DNA of 42,317 nt, the filler included, from Yuukianura sp. NJ FZ-2021 (taxonomy: Eukaryota), in assembly GCA_046563655.1 (NCBI GenBank). It is 2 parts of 2 records of this genome, joined end to end, with 100 filler letters (N's around TTAATTAATTAA, not from the genome) between each part and the next. Parts side by side here need not be neighbours in the genome. Positions count along the whole stretch, not along the records: positions 1 to 25,000 come from JAJCTO010000021.1; 1 more part is not named here. One strand, given 5' to 3'. Within the stretch, counting starts at the first letter, position 1. Each line of letters begins with the position of its first letter. Under the pieces are notes generated by a model. The model saw only the letters and a list, made by a program, of their open reading frames with translations. It searched no databases and was not told the DNA's origin. A program made the position numbers and the translations under genes. This document shows positions 1-9,558 of this stretch, one piece after another.

Positions 1-1
1 A

Positions 2-65
2 GAGAGTGACTCCTACTAAGGAGAATGACTCCTACTAGAGTATCTTACTAGAGAGTGTCCTACTA
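2..65. repeat. Four short degenerate direct repeats ending in CTACTA/TTACTA
   Basis: GAGAGTGACTCCTACTA (2-18), GGAGAATGACTCCTACTA (20-37), GAGTATCTTACTA (38-50), GAGAGTGTCCTACTA (51-65); may continue left of the window. Confidence 0.6.
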
Positions 66-586
66 CAGTGTGTCCCAGACCGAATCTGGATCGCTACTTA
101 TATACACCCATAGTTGCGTCAGCCATACAGCTCTCATGGCCTGTCCATAAATGGAGTGACACTGGAGACGGATGTTTGTGAGTCTCGCCCGTGGCGAGCG
201 CTCACATGCCTCCCCGGTCTTGTCGATTTGAATTTTTAAATTACTAGTTGCAATACAAATGCTTGCTTACACTGTTTCTGGCCGACAGTTCTTAATCACA
301 GATATTAACCCTTTTCTGTATTGTTTAGCTATATTTTGTGTGAAGTACCTTCCTACTAATTGTGCACTCTTAACAGCTTTTAGTGACAGATTTCGGCGAA
401 TACATTTTTAGTTTACCAATATTTTGTCTATATTTTTCTAATAGTTTTGTACTGGCAACAGTTACCCAATGACATTCAATTAGTGTCTATTTCTAGTTTA
501 CAGTTTCCATTTAATTGATGCGTTGACGGTTTACATTTTTGAGAAGCTGGAGAATAAATGATTCTCAGCCATAAGTCCACCGAACC

Positions 587-2055
587 ATGTTTATCAAATT
601 AACTGAACTTCAACATTTGTCGTTTTTTGTCGTCGAATGTCACAAAATGTTACAAAATGTCTCTAAATAACCACATCATTATCTGACCGCAAGGAGACCC
701 ACTGTAGTTGTCAATTGCCCATAGCATTTGGCTCGTGACAGCGGTCTTCTTTTTAGGCGTGCCGACACTATAAAGTAAATATTGGAAAACAAATAACAAC
801 GAGATGAATTCCCTGTTTACTCCCGGTCAAATAAACATAACGCTTCCTATTCTTCATCTCAAGGTGGTTTATCGAACCACTTACCTCAAGAGACGTGTGT
901 CGAGTAAATCTCGTCAAACATAAGCTCACAGAAGAATGTTTGTCAAATTAACTGAACTTCAACATTTGTCGTTTTTTGTCGTCGAATGTCACAAAAATGT
1001 TACAAAATGTCTCTAAATAACCACATCATTATCTGACCGCATGGAGACCAACTGTAGTTGTCAATAGCCCCTTGCATCTGGCTCGTTACAGCGGTCTTTT
1101 TTTAAGGCTTGCCGACACTATAAAGTAAATATTGCCCAACAAATAACAGCGAGATGAAGTCCCTGTTTACCTCCCGGTCAAATAAACAGAACACTTCCTA
1201 TTCTTCATCTCAAGGTGGTTTTTCGAACTGCTTACCTCAAGAAACGCGTGTCGAGTAAATCTCGTCAAACATAAGCCCACAGAAGCATGTTTGTCGAATT
1301 AACTAACCTTCAACATTTGTCGTTTTTTGTCGTCGAATGTCACAAAATGGTACAAAATGTCTCTAAATAACCACATCATTATCTGACCGCAAGGAGACCC
1401 ACTGTAGTTGTCAATTGCCCATAGCATTTGGCTCGTGACAGCGGTCTTCTTTTTAGGCGTGCCGACACTATAAAGTAAATATTGGAAAACAAATAACAAC
1501 AAGATGAATTCCCTGTTTACTCCCGGTCAAATAAACATAACGCTTCCTATTCTTCATCTCAAGGTGGTTTATCGAACCACTTACCTCAAGAGACGTGTGT
1601 CGAGTAAATCTCGTCAAACATAAGCTCACAGAAGCATGTTTGTCAAATTAACTGAACTTCAACATTTGTCGTTTTTTGTCGTCGAATGTCACAAAATGTT
1701 ACAAAATGTCTCTAAATAACCAAATCATTATCTGACCGCAAGGAGACCCACTGTAGTTGTCAATTGCCCATAGCATTTGGCTCGTGACAGCGGTCTTCTT
1801 CTTAGGCGTGCCGACACTATAAAGTAAATATTGGAAAACAAATAACAACGAGATGAATTCCCTGTTTACTCCCGGTCAAATAAACATAACGCTTCCTATT
1901 CTTCATCTCAAGGTGGTTTTTCGAACGGCTTACCGCACGAAACGCGTGTCGAGTAAATCTCGTCAAACATAAGCTCACAGAAGCATGTTTGTCAAATTAA
2001 CTGAACTTCAACATTTGTCGTTGTTTGTCGTCGAATGTCACAAAATGTTACAAAT
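587..2055. repeat. Tandem repeat, ~349-bp unit, ~4.2 copies
   Basis: ATGTTT(A/G)TC(A/G)AATTAACT recurs at 587, 936, 1287, 1636 and 1985; units near-identical, copy 2 the most diverged. Confidence 0.95.
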
Positions 2056-2268
2056 GTTATTTTTGAAAAAGTTCCTATTTGTTCGTAAAACGAAAAAGCT
2101 TAAAAGTTTTCAAGTTTGAACTTGAAAATTCTCAGAATTGTCCAAGGTCAGAGGTAAAACGAATACTTTTTATTTTTGTTTGTAACGAACAAAACTAGAA
2201 AAGCTTTTCAGTCGCAATTTCCTATTGAACGCTTCAACACACTAAAAAAACTTTAAGCAATTTCAAAA

Positions 2269-3009
2269 ATGACAAGCCAATTTGATTTTGAAAAACTCCC
2301 ATACCTCGTCGTCAAAGAAATTTTTGGAAAACTAGATTTTGCGAGTGCTGAGCACCTTGCAAAAACGTTTCCACACTCTGTAGACATACTGCTACCACAG
2401 CTGGATAATTTTTACTAAACAGTTCGTCTATTTGCGACGTATGTTCACCGTGTGGACATACATTCCAGCTATTCCAGACCACTACACCCCGTAGTGCTGC
2501 AGACTCTTCAGAAATTTCCGATTGGACGTGAGCCTTCGGTGAAGAATTTGCTGCTCGAGGTCGGAAAGTATCATGTAACGGTAGACATCAAACTGTTCCG
2601 CTTTTCCAGTGTGGAAGACCTCCTCGCACTCGTGAACGAATTTGAAACTTTATGGCTATATAATACCTACACCTTAGAAGACAGCATCATAATCATGCCA
2701 CGTCGTTACACCAACTTTGAACGTGATCGAGAGATTACGTTTTCTACCGTCCTTAAGCTGCACAACCACTTCCATCCCAACATCAAGAACCAGAAGTTGG
2801 ATGATTTGTGCAATACAGCCTTACTTGCATATAACCGAATGCTTGATGAAGCACAACGGAAGCATGACTTGGAGAAGCGCTATCGGAAGAGGAAGGAGAA
2901 ACTACAACGCTGGAGTCGTAGACGAACCAACTTCAAAAAAATCTCATCTTTTTCTGAACATGTTCCGTCGTCGCGAAGCTCTTCGGCGTCTAAGCAGACG
3001 CTAAGGTAA
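2269..3009 (+). pseudogene. F-box-like protein interrupted by one in-frame TAA (2416-2418)
   Basis: ATG 2269 reads MTSQFDFEKLPYLVVKEIFGKLDFASAEHLAKTFP, fitting the F-box pattern (LP..(V/I)..IF..L); after the TAA the same frame continues into listed ORF 2452-3009; AATAAA directly follows the stop. Confidence 0.6.
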
Positions 3010-3346
3010 TAAAAAGAGTATAAAAATGAATATAAAAGCCTATTTTGTAATTGATCTAAATTTCTAAATTTTTATGTAGAATTTCAGCCTCATGGCATCG
3101 CTCTTACAGCTGATCACAAGCCTTGCACACTGGAAGTTGGAATTCTTGAAATTGAAAATTAATTAAATCTTTATTTTTAAATTCAATTAAAGTTAAATTT
3201 TTATTGTTAATTTTTTAATATAATGAAAGTATAATTATAATAACAATTAAAATAATAAAAAAATTTACAAAGTATGATAATTTATGAAATAAAAAATGTA
3301 TCAAAATCAGTTTGTAATAAATGCATAGAAAAAATTATGTCAAATT

Positions 3347-4639
3347 TTAAACGTCTGGATCTTCTAAGTCGGCATCCATGGCATACTGAACCATGAGCCG
3401 CATAGTTTCCAAAACGTCGTCTCTTTGAAACATACCTAGAACATTGGCCTTTTGATGTTCTACGACAAGTCTGGCAGCATGAGCGGTGATTCTTCCGCAG
3501 TTGGCGTCGGGTCCCATATTCCTGTAATTACGGCTGGGTCGGTAGTTCCAAAATAGAGTGTCACTCCTTCCGAACTTCTTGGCTAGAACTGTACTAACCA
3601 ACAGTCTCATATTTTCAAGAATGTCCGGCTTGAACGTGTCGTACATATACGCTTCCCTGAAAAGATAAAAGTTGATTGTAAAACTTAATGCTTATTTGGT
3701 CATGTATTTTTATTTGTAAACTAACTTACCAGTTGACGATATCAATTACTGCCATCATTAGATGACCCGGAACGTGAACTGGGAGAATTAGAATCTCCGT
3801 GTTGTCCGGAAGAGCCCAGAATGCGACCTCCATAATTGCATATACGTCCCAAGTCGACCTCATGAATTGTCGTACCTGCAAGTCCGTGGTGGAGCAGTCG
3901 AAGCCTTTGCGGATGTCATCTTTTAGGAAGTACGGTGCAACCCTGAACGATACATCTGAATGGATGTACTGGATTCTGTTGTTACCGTTTTGCAGCATCA
4001 ATCGCTGTAAAATATTCAAAATTAGAATAAATACAATAAATAAGAAATTGAAAATCAACCTACCTGCATAAAAACATTAAAGATCGGCATTGGAGTTCCA
4101 AGTTCTGGTTGGTCCTCAAAATCTCGAACCCTCTTCTCCGGAACTTTCGTGAAGTTATGATCATAATAATAGTCGTTGCATTTGATGTCGTACATATATT
4201 CCCTGTCCCAAATCAGCGAGTCAGCTAGAATTTCTGTGCCGGCGTAGCTGAGGTGCGGTAGTGGCTTGGCGTTGGCGGAGTCGATCCAATCCGCCCGATG
4301 TTTTGCTGGAACGTTTTTCATCATGAAGTACGAGTGTACTTCATGAATTCCGCGACGAAGTCGAATCAAATCGTTCACCATGAACCTTAGGAATGTTGGG
4401 TCTGTGGTAGAATTTCTGGAAAAAACAAAACAAACTCTAAATATTACTTTGAAAAAGCTACATTGGAGGTAATTGACTTGGAACATACCTTTGTTTTACA
4501 AATTTGTTGACGACGTCAGTGTAATCGTCCTTGATTTTTCTTGGAATAGACGCCGGCTTCCCACGAACATCAAACAGCAATACTTCCAGTATTTCTTCCC
4601 AGTGTATGGGAAAATAATATGGAAGATCCCGTTCAAAAC
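3347..4639 (-). CDS. Multi-exon Ulp1/SENP-like (C48, clan CE) cysteine protease; 5' exon(s) unresolved
   Basis: Exons 4639-4489, 4415-4064, 4004-3730, 3656-3347 are joined in frame by GT-AG introns 4488-4416, 4063-4005, 3729-3657. Product has IFNVFMQRL..IQYIHS, ILPVHVPGHLMMAVIDIVNWEAYMYDT and GPDANCG: His-Asp-Cys in C48 order. Confidence 0.75.
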
Positions 4640-7005
4640 CTAAAATTACCGTTTTTATCAAAACTTCTAAATCTTAACGTGTTAGCAGTGATTCAGGCAC
4701 AGTTTTCAACGCTGAATCCACTGGTACCTTTAGATTTGGGCTACCATTTGTAGCGCCAAAGTTACAGCAAATTAAAATTTTTTAACTTTTAACAAAATTT
4801 TACGCATAAATTAGTTGTATCTTCTAAAGATACGATCATTAAGACTTTAAAACATCATCATTGACATAGTTTTAGACGTGGAATCCGATGCAATAACCAG
4901 TTTCCTTCCACTATTCATCATTCATGAGTTACAACTAAAAAACGGCAAAACTGAAAAAACTGCAAATTAACTTTTCAAAAGTATCGCCAGCCCCGTATCG
5001 CTCGCCCTCTCTTGAAAAGCTCTTTTCTCGTCGGTAGAGGGAGACACTGGTTGCAAATAGGAGTCTAATAAAACTTAGGGAAATTATCAAAACCTAACCA
5101 ACAAAACTAAAACAAAAATTGAAATAAAAATTAACAACTTGAAATTAAAATTATATACGTATTTCATTGTCGTATTTTCAGACAATGTCAAAAGGATCAG
5201 CGTCTCCCACTCCAGGCCCGTCTAAACGACCATGTCACGTATGTCTTGTCTGTAATGAAAGATTTCAGACCAACGTCCAGCTTCTTATCCACGAGGAAAT
5301 TCAACATCATGACTCTTTAGACAATGAAGAGGAGCAGACACTACCCACCGCACGCGAAATTCTGGACATGTATCGAGAATTGAAGTGTCTGTCTTGTAAT
5401 CAATCGTTTGCCTGTCGAGATGAAATGCAACAGCATTTCTATGACATTCATCCAGACTTTTTCTCAATTAAATCACAAGATGGAGGTCTACGTCCAACAC
5501 CTTTAATACCCATCGAAGTGGAGTTAAGCGTTACATCTCTAAAAGTCGTCAAAGAATACAAAGCAAAATTTGACGAATTCAAGTGTGAAGATGGCGTTGA
5601 CGAGCGAGATTTTTTCAAGTGCGTTTACTCGTCTTCTGTTCATCGGATCAAAGAAGATCGGAAAGAGTGGAAAAACTTAAAGGTTTTTTTCTCCATGGTT
5701 TGCAACTTTACGAAGACTCAAGCCGACGGATCTGTTGAAACAAACCGTGGCTGTTTCACATCATATCGTCATCCATGAAAGCCTTCCAAAGATCTGGACG
5801 ATTATGGGCCACCAAATATCCAACCAAATTGAACACTTTACAAACGAAAGAAGTGGATGGGATTTGGACGGTATAACTGAGTTTAAGTTAGTGACTGCAA
5901 AATACCAATTCACAAAAATTGGAACCTTCATCGAAACACCGTTTCCACTTTCCGAGCATAACAAAACGTTGCTAAAGATAAACAACAGTGAAGTGTCCAT
6001 TTCTAACTCTCACAAGTCTAACTCTCAGTTCTTGCACACAAAAGAATTGCTGGAGTTCCCAACATTAATCGCCACCGCTACAGGGTTGACAAGTTGGTCA
6101 GAACATATGCTCCCCATACATCTAAAGTGAACACACAAGGAATCAAATTTCCAGTAACGATACAGCAGCTCCCTTTATTCGAAAAGCTCAATCCTCGTAT
6201 CTCATTGACAGTTCTCGGTTATGATATGGACGGCCCAGCAGCCCCACCACGTACTCAGCAAAGCAGTCGTAAGAAATCAGGCACTAACAAAAGAGAAGAT
6301 TTGGATTTGTTCAAGTACATGCAATAAAACATTTCCATTCTCTACAATTCAAAAGAGGCCAAACCTATCCATATCGATCTGATGTGTCTCATGCAAGGTA
6401 ACAATTCGCATTTTCTCCTTATTCGAAATCTCGAATCACTCATGTCATCCCCCGATCACAAAGGCTCTAAACACATTTGCCGCAACTGTCTGTCAAACTT
6501 TACCCTTCCAAGAACCCTGAAAGAAATTTGACATCACAAGACAGGAATTTCAGCAGGAAGTCGATAACGGTGGCAACATTGAACTTCTTTTCAAAAAAGC
6601 CGCGTATCCCTATTCACTGATGACATCATGTGAAGACTTTGAGATGACTAGTCTTCCACCAAAAGAAGCATTTTTCAACGACTTAACCGAGTCACCAATT
6701 CAAGACGATGTCTATAATCATGCAAAGAAGGTCTGGGACAGCTTTAACATTGAAAACATGGGACAGTGGCATGACCTCTACGTTCGTCTGGATGTGTCCC
6801 TTCTAGTCGACGTTATGGAGGGAGTGAGGAAGCTGATGATGGACAGTTATGGTCTAGAACTTGGCCATTACTACTCGCTTCCTATGATGGCTATTGATTG
6901 CGCTTTGAAGAAGTCTGGAGTCGTCCTGGATTTGATCACAGACCCAACGATGCATTGCTGGATTGAAGCAGGGATTCGAGGTAAGTAACTTGTGTCACAT
7001 TTAGG

Positions 7006-7023
7006 TAACCTAACCTAACCTAA
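7006..7023. repeat. (TAACC)n tract in PolB intron 6981-7130
   Basis: TAACCTAACCTAACCTAA, immediately preceded by TTAGG. Confidence 0.85.
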
Positions 7024-7276
7024 GAGATCCCTAACCCATATCGGGCGATCTCAGATTGGCCGATATCAGAACGATCTCGGGCGATCTCAGGGACAAAATT
7101 GAAGTGTTTTTTAATTAATTTTCATTTTAGGTGGCTACGTTAGCGTTGGCTCTAGACGGAAAGCAACTGGAAATAATAAATACATGGGAGATGAATACGA
7201 TCCAAATCAACCAATATATTATATAATTTACAGTGATGCGAACAACTTATACGTAAGTGTTTTAAGTTAAACAGGT

Positions 7277-7299
7277 TAACCTAACCTAACCTAACCTAA
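7277..7299. repeat. (TAACC)n tract in PolB intron 7253-7336
   Basis: TAACC x4 plus TAA, preceded by AGGT. Confidence 0.85.
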
Positions 7300-7524
7300 A
7301 TTTATATCAATGTTTTAAGATTGATAATATTTATAGGGCAAATCAATGAGTCTCGCGCTTCCTCTTGGCAACTTTCAATGGTTGACAGAAGAACAAATCA
7401 GAAAAATCTCTGACGATATCAACGCATTTGTAGCTGAAACAGAAAGAAAGAAAAGTGTTGGCTACATGTTGGGGGTAGCATGGTTGGTGTGTGCAAGAAC
7501 GTAAAACGTTCTAGTTTCGAAAGT

Positions 7525-7934
7525 TGAGTCATCGAAATAACTCAAACAAGAATGCAAGGTGAAGGTCCAAAGTATTTGGAAGTTGAGTCATAGAATTAGG
7601 TCGTTAATAAGTCATATAAGAAGGTTAAGTTCAATGATGGCATTTTAATTTGGAAGTCTTATTTGGTACAAAGTCCGATCTGTTTTCAAAGACGAAGGTG
7701 ACTCACACCTTACGTGCACACGTGTGAACAAAGTCCAAAATCGTTTTTGTGTGGTCCACAGTCCGACCCTTTTTCAAGGACGGTGGTGAGTCATGTCCTT
7801 AGGTGCACACGTGGGAACAAAGTCCAGAATCGTATGTTCATCGTCATTTCAATTTGTACTATTAATAGCCGACCCTACAATTAGGTTTTGCGCATGTATA
7901 TATATAGTAACGCTTGAGTTGTGAGAAGTCAGTC
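7525..7934 (+). promoter_or_regulatory. Putative IAP promoter: four AP-1-type sites, two E-boxes, TATA tract, Inr-like TCAGT
   Basis: TGAGTCA at 7525, 7584, 7787; TGACTCA at 7699; CACGTG at 7719, 7808 inside a ~89-bp imperfect duplication; TATATATATA ~7897-7906; TCAGTC at 7929; ATG at 7943. Confidence 0.55.
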
Positions 7935-7942
7935 AAAGGAAT

Positions 7943-8862
7943 ATGGAGGGCCTCATGAGTTATGAGGGGAGATTACAAACGTTTCAGAACGCTCAAGTAA
8001 GATGGCCATTGAATTTTGTGGCCCCGGAAGCATGTTCGTTTGCGGGATTTTACTACCTCGGAGTAGATGACAAGGTGGGTAATTTTCAACTTTTTCTAAA
8101 AAAAAGTAAAAAATTTGGAATAATTTGTTTTCTGTTGAACAGGTTGCGTGTCCATATTGCCGGGGTGTCGTGGGGGAATGGGTGGTTGGTGATGAGCCGT
8201 TGTTGCAGCACCGGAAACATTTCCCACGCTGTCCGTATGTTGTAGTCATGACCGGTCTACTATACGGGGTTGGGTTTGTTACCGTTCCGGATGTCACTGG
8301 GACCCACGGAGCCGAAGCGACCGGAGCAGCGAGGATTGATGTTTTCGAATATGTGACCACAGGAACCGGTATGCCCGGCACGGTAGCTTCTGATGTTTCC
8401 ACCGACCCTGGCCAGAGGGGAATAGATGCTGCCGGTGCTGGGACGAGAGGAACCGACATGGCCGCAGCAGCAGCCGCCCCCGAAACCGACATGGCCGGCG
8501 CGGGAAGAACCGCGCCTGAAACCGACATCCCCAGCGATGGAGGAGCCGATTTGGCCGGGTCGGCAACACGTTACGTGGCAGAAATAACTAGCCTCGAAAC
8601 TGATATTCCCAGTGTGGGTGGAAGTGATGTTGCCGGGACATCTGAACATGTTTCAAGTGCGGCATCCGGCGTTTTTGTTTCTGGTGTTACCAGAGACGAC
8701 TCTGGCAACAGTATTTCTTGTAAGATTTGCTGGGACAAAGAAGCCTGCGACGTATTCTTGCCATGTAAACATTTGGTTGCTTGTCCTACATGTTCATTGT
8801 CATTAAGAAGTTGTGCAGTTTGCCGAGAACCTATACTAATTAGATTAAGGGTGTATACTTAG
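7943..8862 (+). CDS. iap: Inhibitor of apoptosis protein, single BIR plus C-terminal RING, two exons (~283 aa)
   Basis: Exons 7943-8074 and 8143-8862 with a phase-0 GT-AG intron give BIR RLQTF..WP..AGFYYLGVDDKVACPYC..W..GDEPLLQHRKHFPRC and RING CKICWDKEACDVFLPCKHLVACPTC..CAVCR; AATAAA at 8985. Confidence 0.93.
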
Positions 8863-8892
8863 TCAAGTGTTGGTATTTTGTGTTGAGTTTCC

Positions 8893-8949
8893 CAAGTCCT
8901 CCCACAACCCAATTCAACTAAAAGTTGAATTGAGTTGTGGGATGACTTG
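8893..8949. other. Hairpin (27-bp arms, 2 mismatches, 3-nt loop) in IAP 3' UTR
   Basis: CAAGTCCTCCCACAACCCAATTCAACT-AAA-AGTTGAATTGAGTTGTGGGATGACTTG. Confidence 0.9.
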
Positions 8950-9108
8950 TGTTGCTGCGAGTTCGAATCCAACATTGAGAAATGAATAAAAAATAATTTG
9001 ATTCAAGTTTGTGTGTTTTCGTTTGACCTACGTTTTGTCATTTACTATTTAATGAAGTGAAATTTTTGAGTAAATTAACATTTGTTGTGAAAGATAAGAA
9101 GAGGAAGC

Positions 9109-9327
9109 ATGGAAGGGATCCGGAGATTTAAGTGTGACAATTGTGGTGACCGTTTCGATTCGCAAGATTCCTTTTGGGATCACGCTTTTGAACGTCATGT
9201 TGGCGTCTGCTGCGTAGGCTTAGTAGCCATAAGATTCTATCTTATTGAGATTGGGAGAGATGCGGCGAGTGGAGTCGCGGGAGTTTTGAGAGTTGGCGAG
9301 GTAGAGAGAGAGATTCAGTTAGTTTAG
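9109..9327 (+). CDS. Small protein with one C2H2 zinc finger
   Basis: FKCDNCGDRFDSQDSFWDHAFERH matches C-x2-C-x3-F-x8-H-x4-H; AATAAA at 9388. Confidence 0.55.
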   Translation: MEGIRRFKCDNCGDRFDSQDSFWDHAFERHVGVCCVGLVAIRFYLIEIGRDAASGVAGVLRVGEVEREIQLV

Positions 9328-9558
9328 TTTAGTGTGTTTTTGGTCTCCGCATGAGACGGAGTTTTTGTTGTATATTTTATTGCGACGAATAAATATATAA
9401 ATATATTTATTCATCGCTGTTGGTTTTGTGTTTGTGGTGATTGTCTTGGTGGTCATTTGGGTCTGAGAGCCTGTTGGCTCAGAGAGTAGTCTGGTGAGGT
9501 GTTTTTCAGTTGTTTAGCGTCGTAGGGCGTTACAGTCATGTTTACGACCTTCGCATAC

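Larger units (their letters stand above)
5185..7475 (+). pseudogene. polB: Degenerate Polinton-type protein-primed family B DNA polymerase with two N-terminal C2H2 fingers; internally deleted and 3'-truncated
   Basis: Fingers CLVC..HEEIQH and CLSC..HFYDIH; ERSGW, IKFPV..FEKLNPRISLTVLG, HIDL..SHFLLI, ICRNCL, KAAYPYS, WHDLYVRLDVSLL, GIRG/G, DANNLY/GKSMS, LPLGNFQW. Frameshifts near 5760 and 6000, stop 6325-6327, introns 6981-7130 and 7253-7336; motifs B and C absent. Confidence 0.9.

Noticed and set aside
1299..1502. 67-aa minus-strand ORF
   Set aside because: Lies in the 349-bp repeat, has a non-ATG start and no motif.
7006..7299. True telomere
   Set aside because: Only 3-4 units, internal to introns.
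7953..8806. Antisense and alternate-frame ORFs over the IAP
   Set aside because: Shadows of the GC-rich IAP linker.
9485..9490. AGTAGT as a Polinton terminus for the left cluster
   Set aside because: Wrong orientation for a right end (ACTACT expected) and no similarity to the terminus at 33259.
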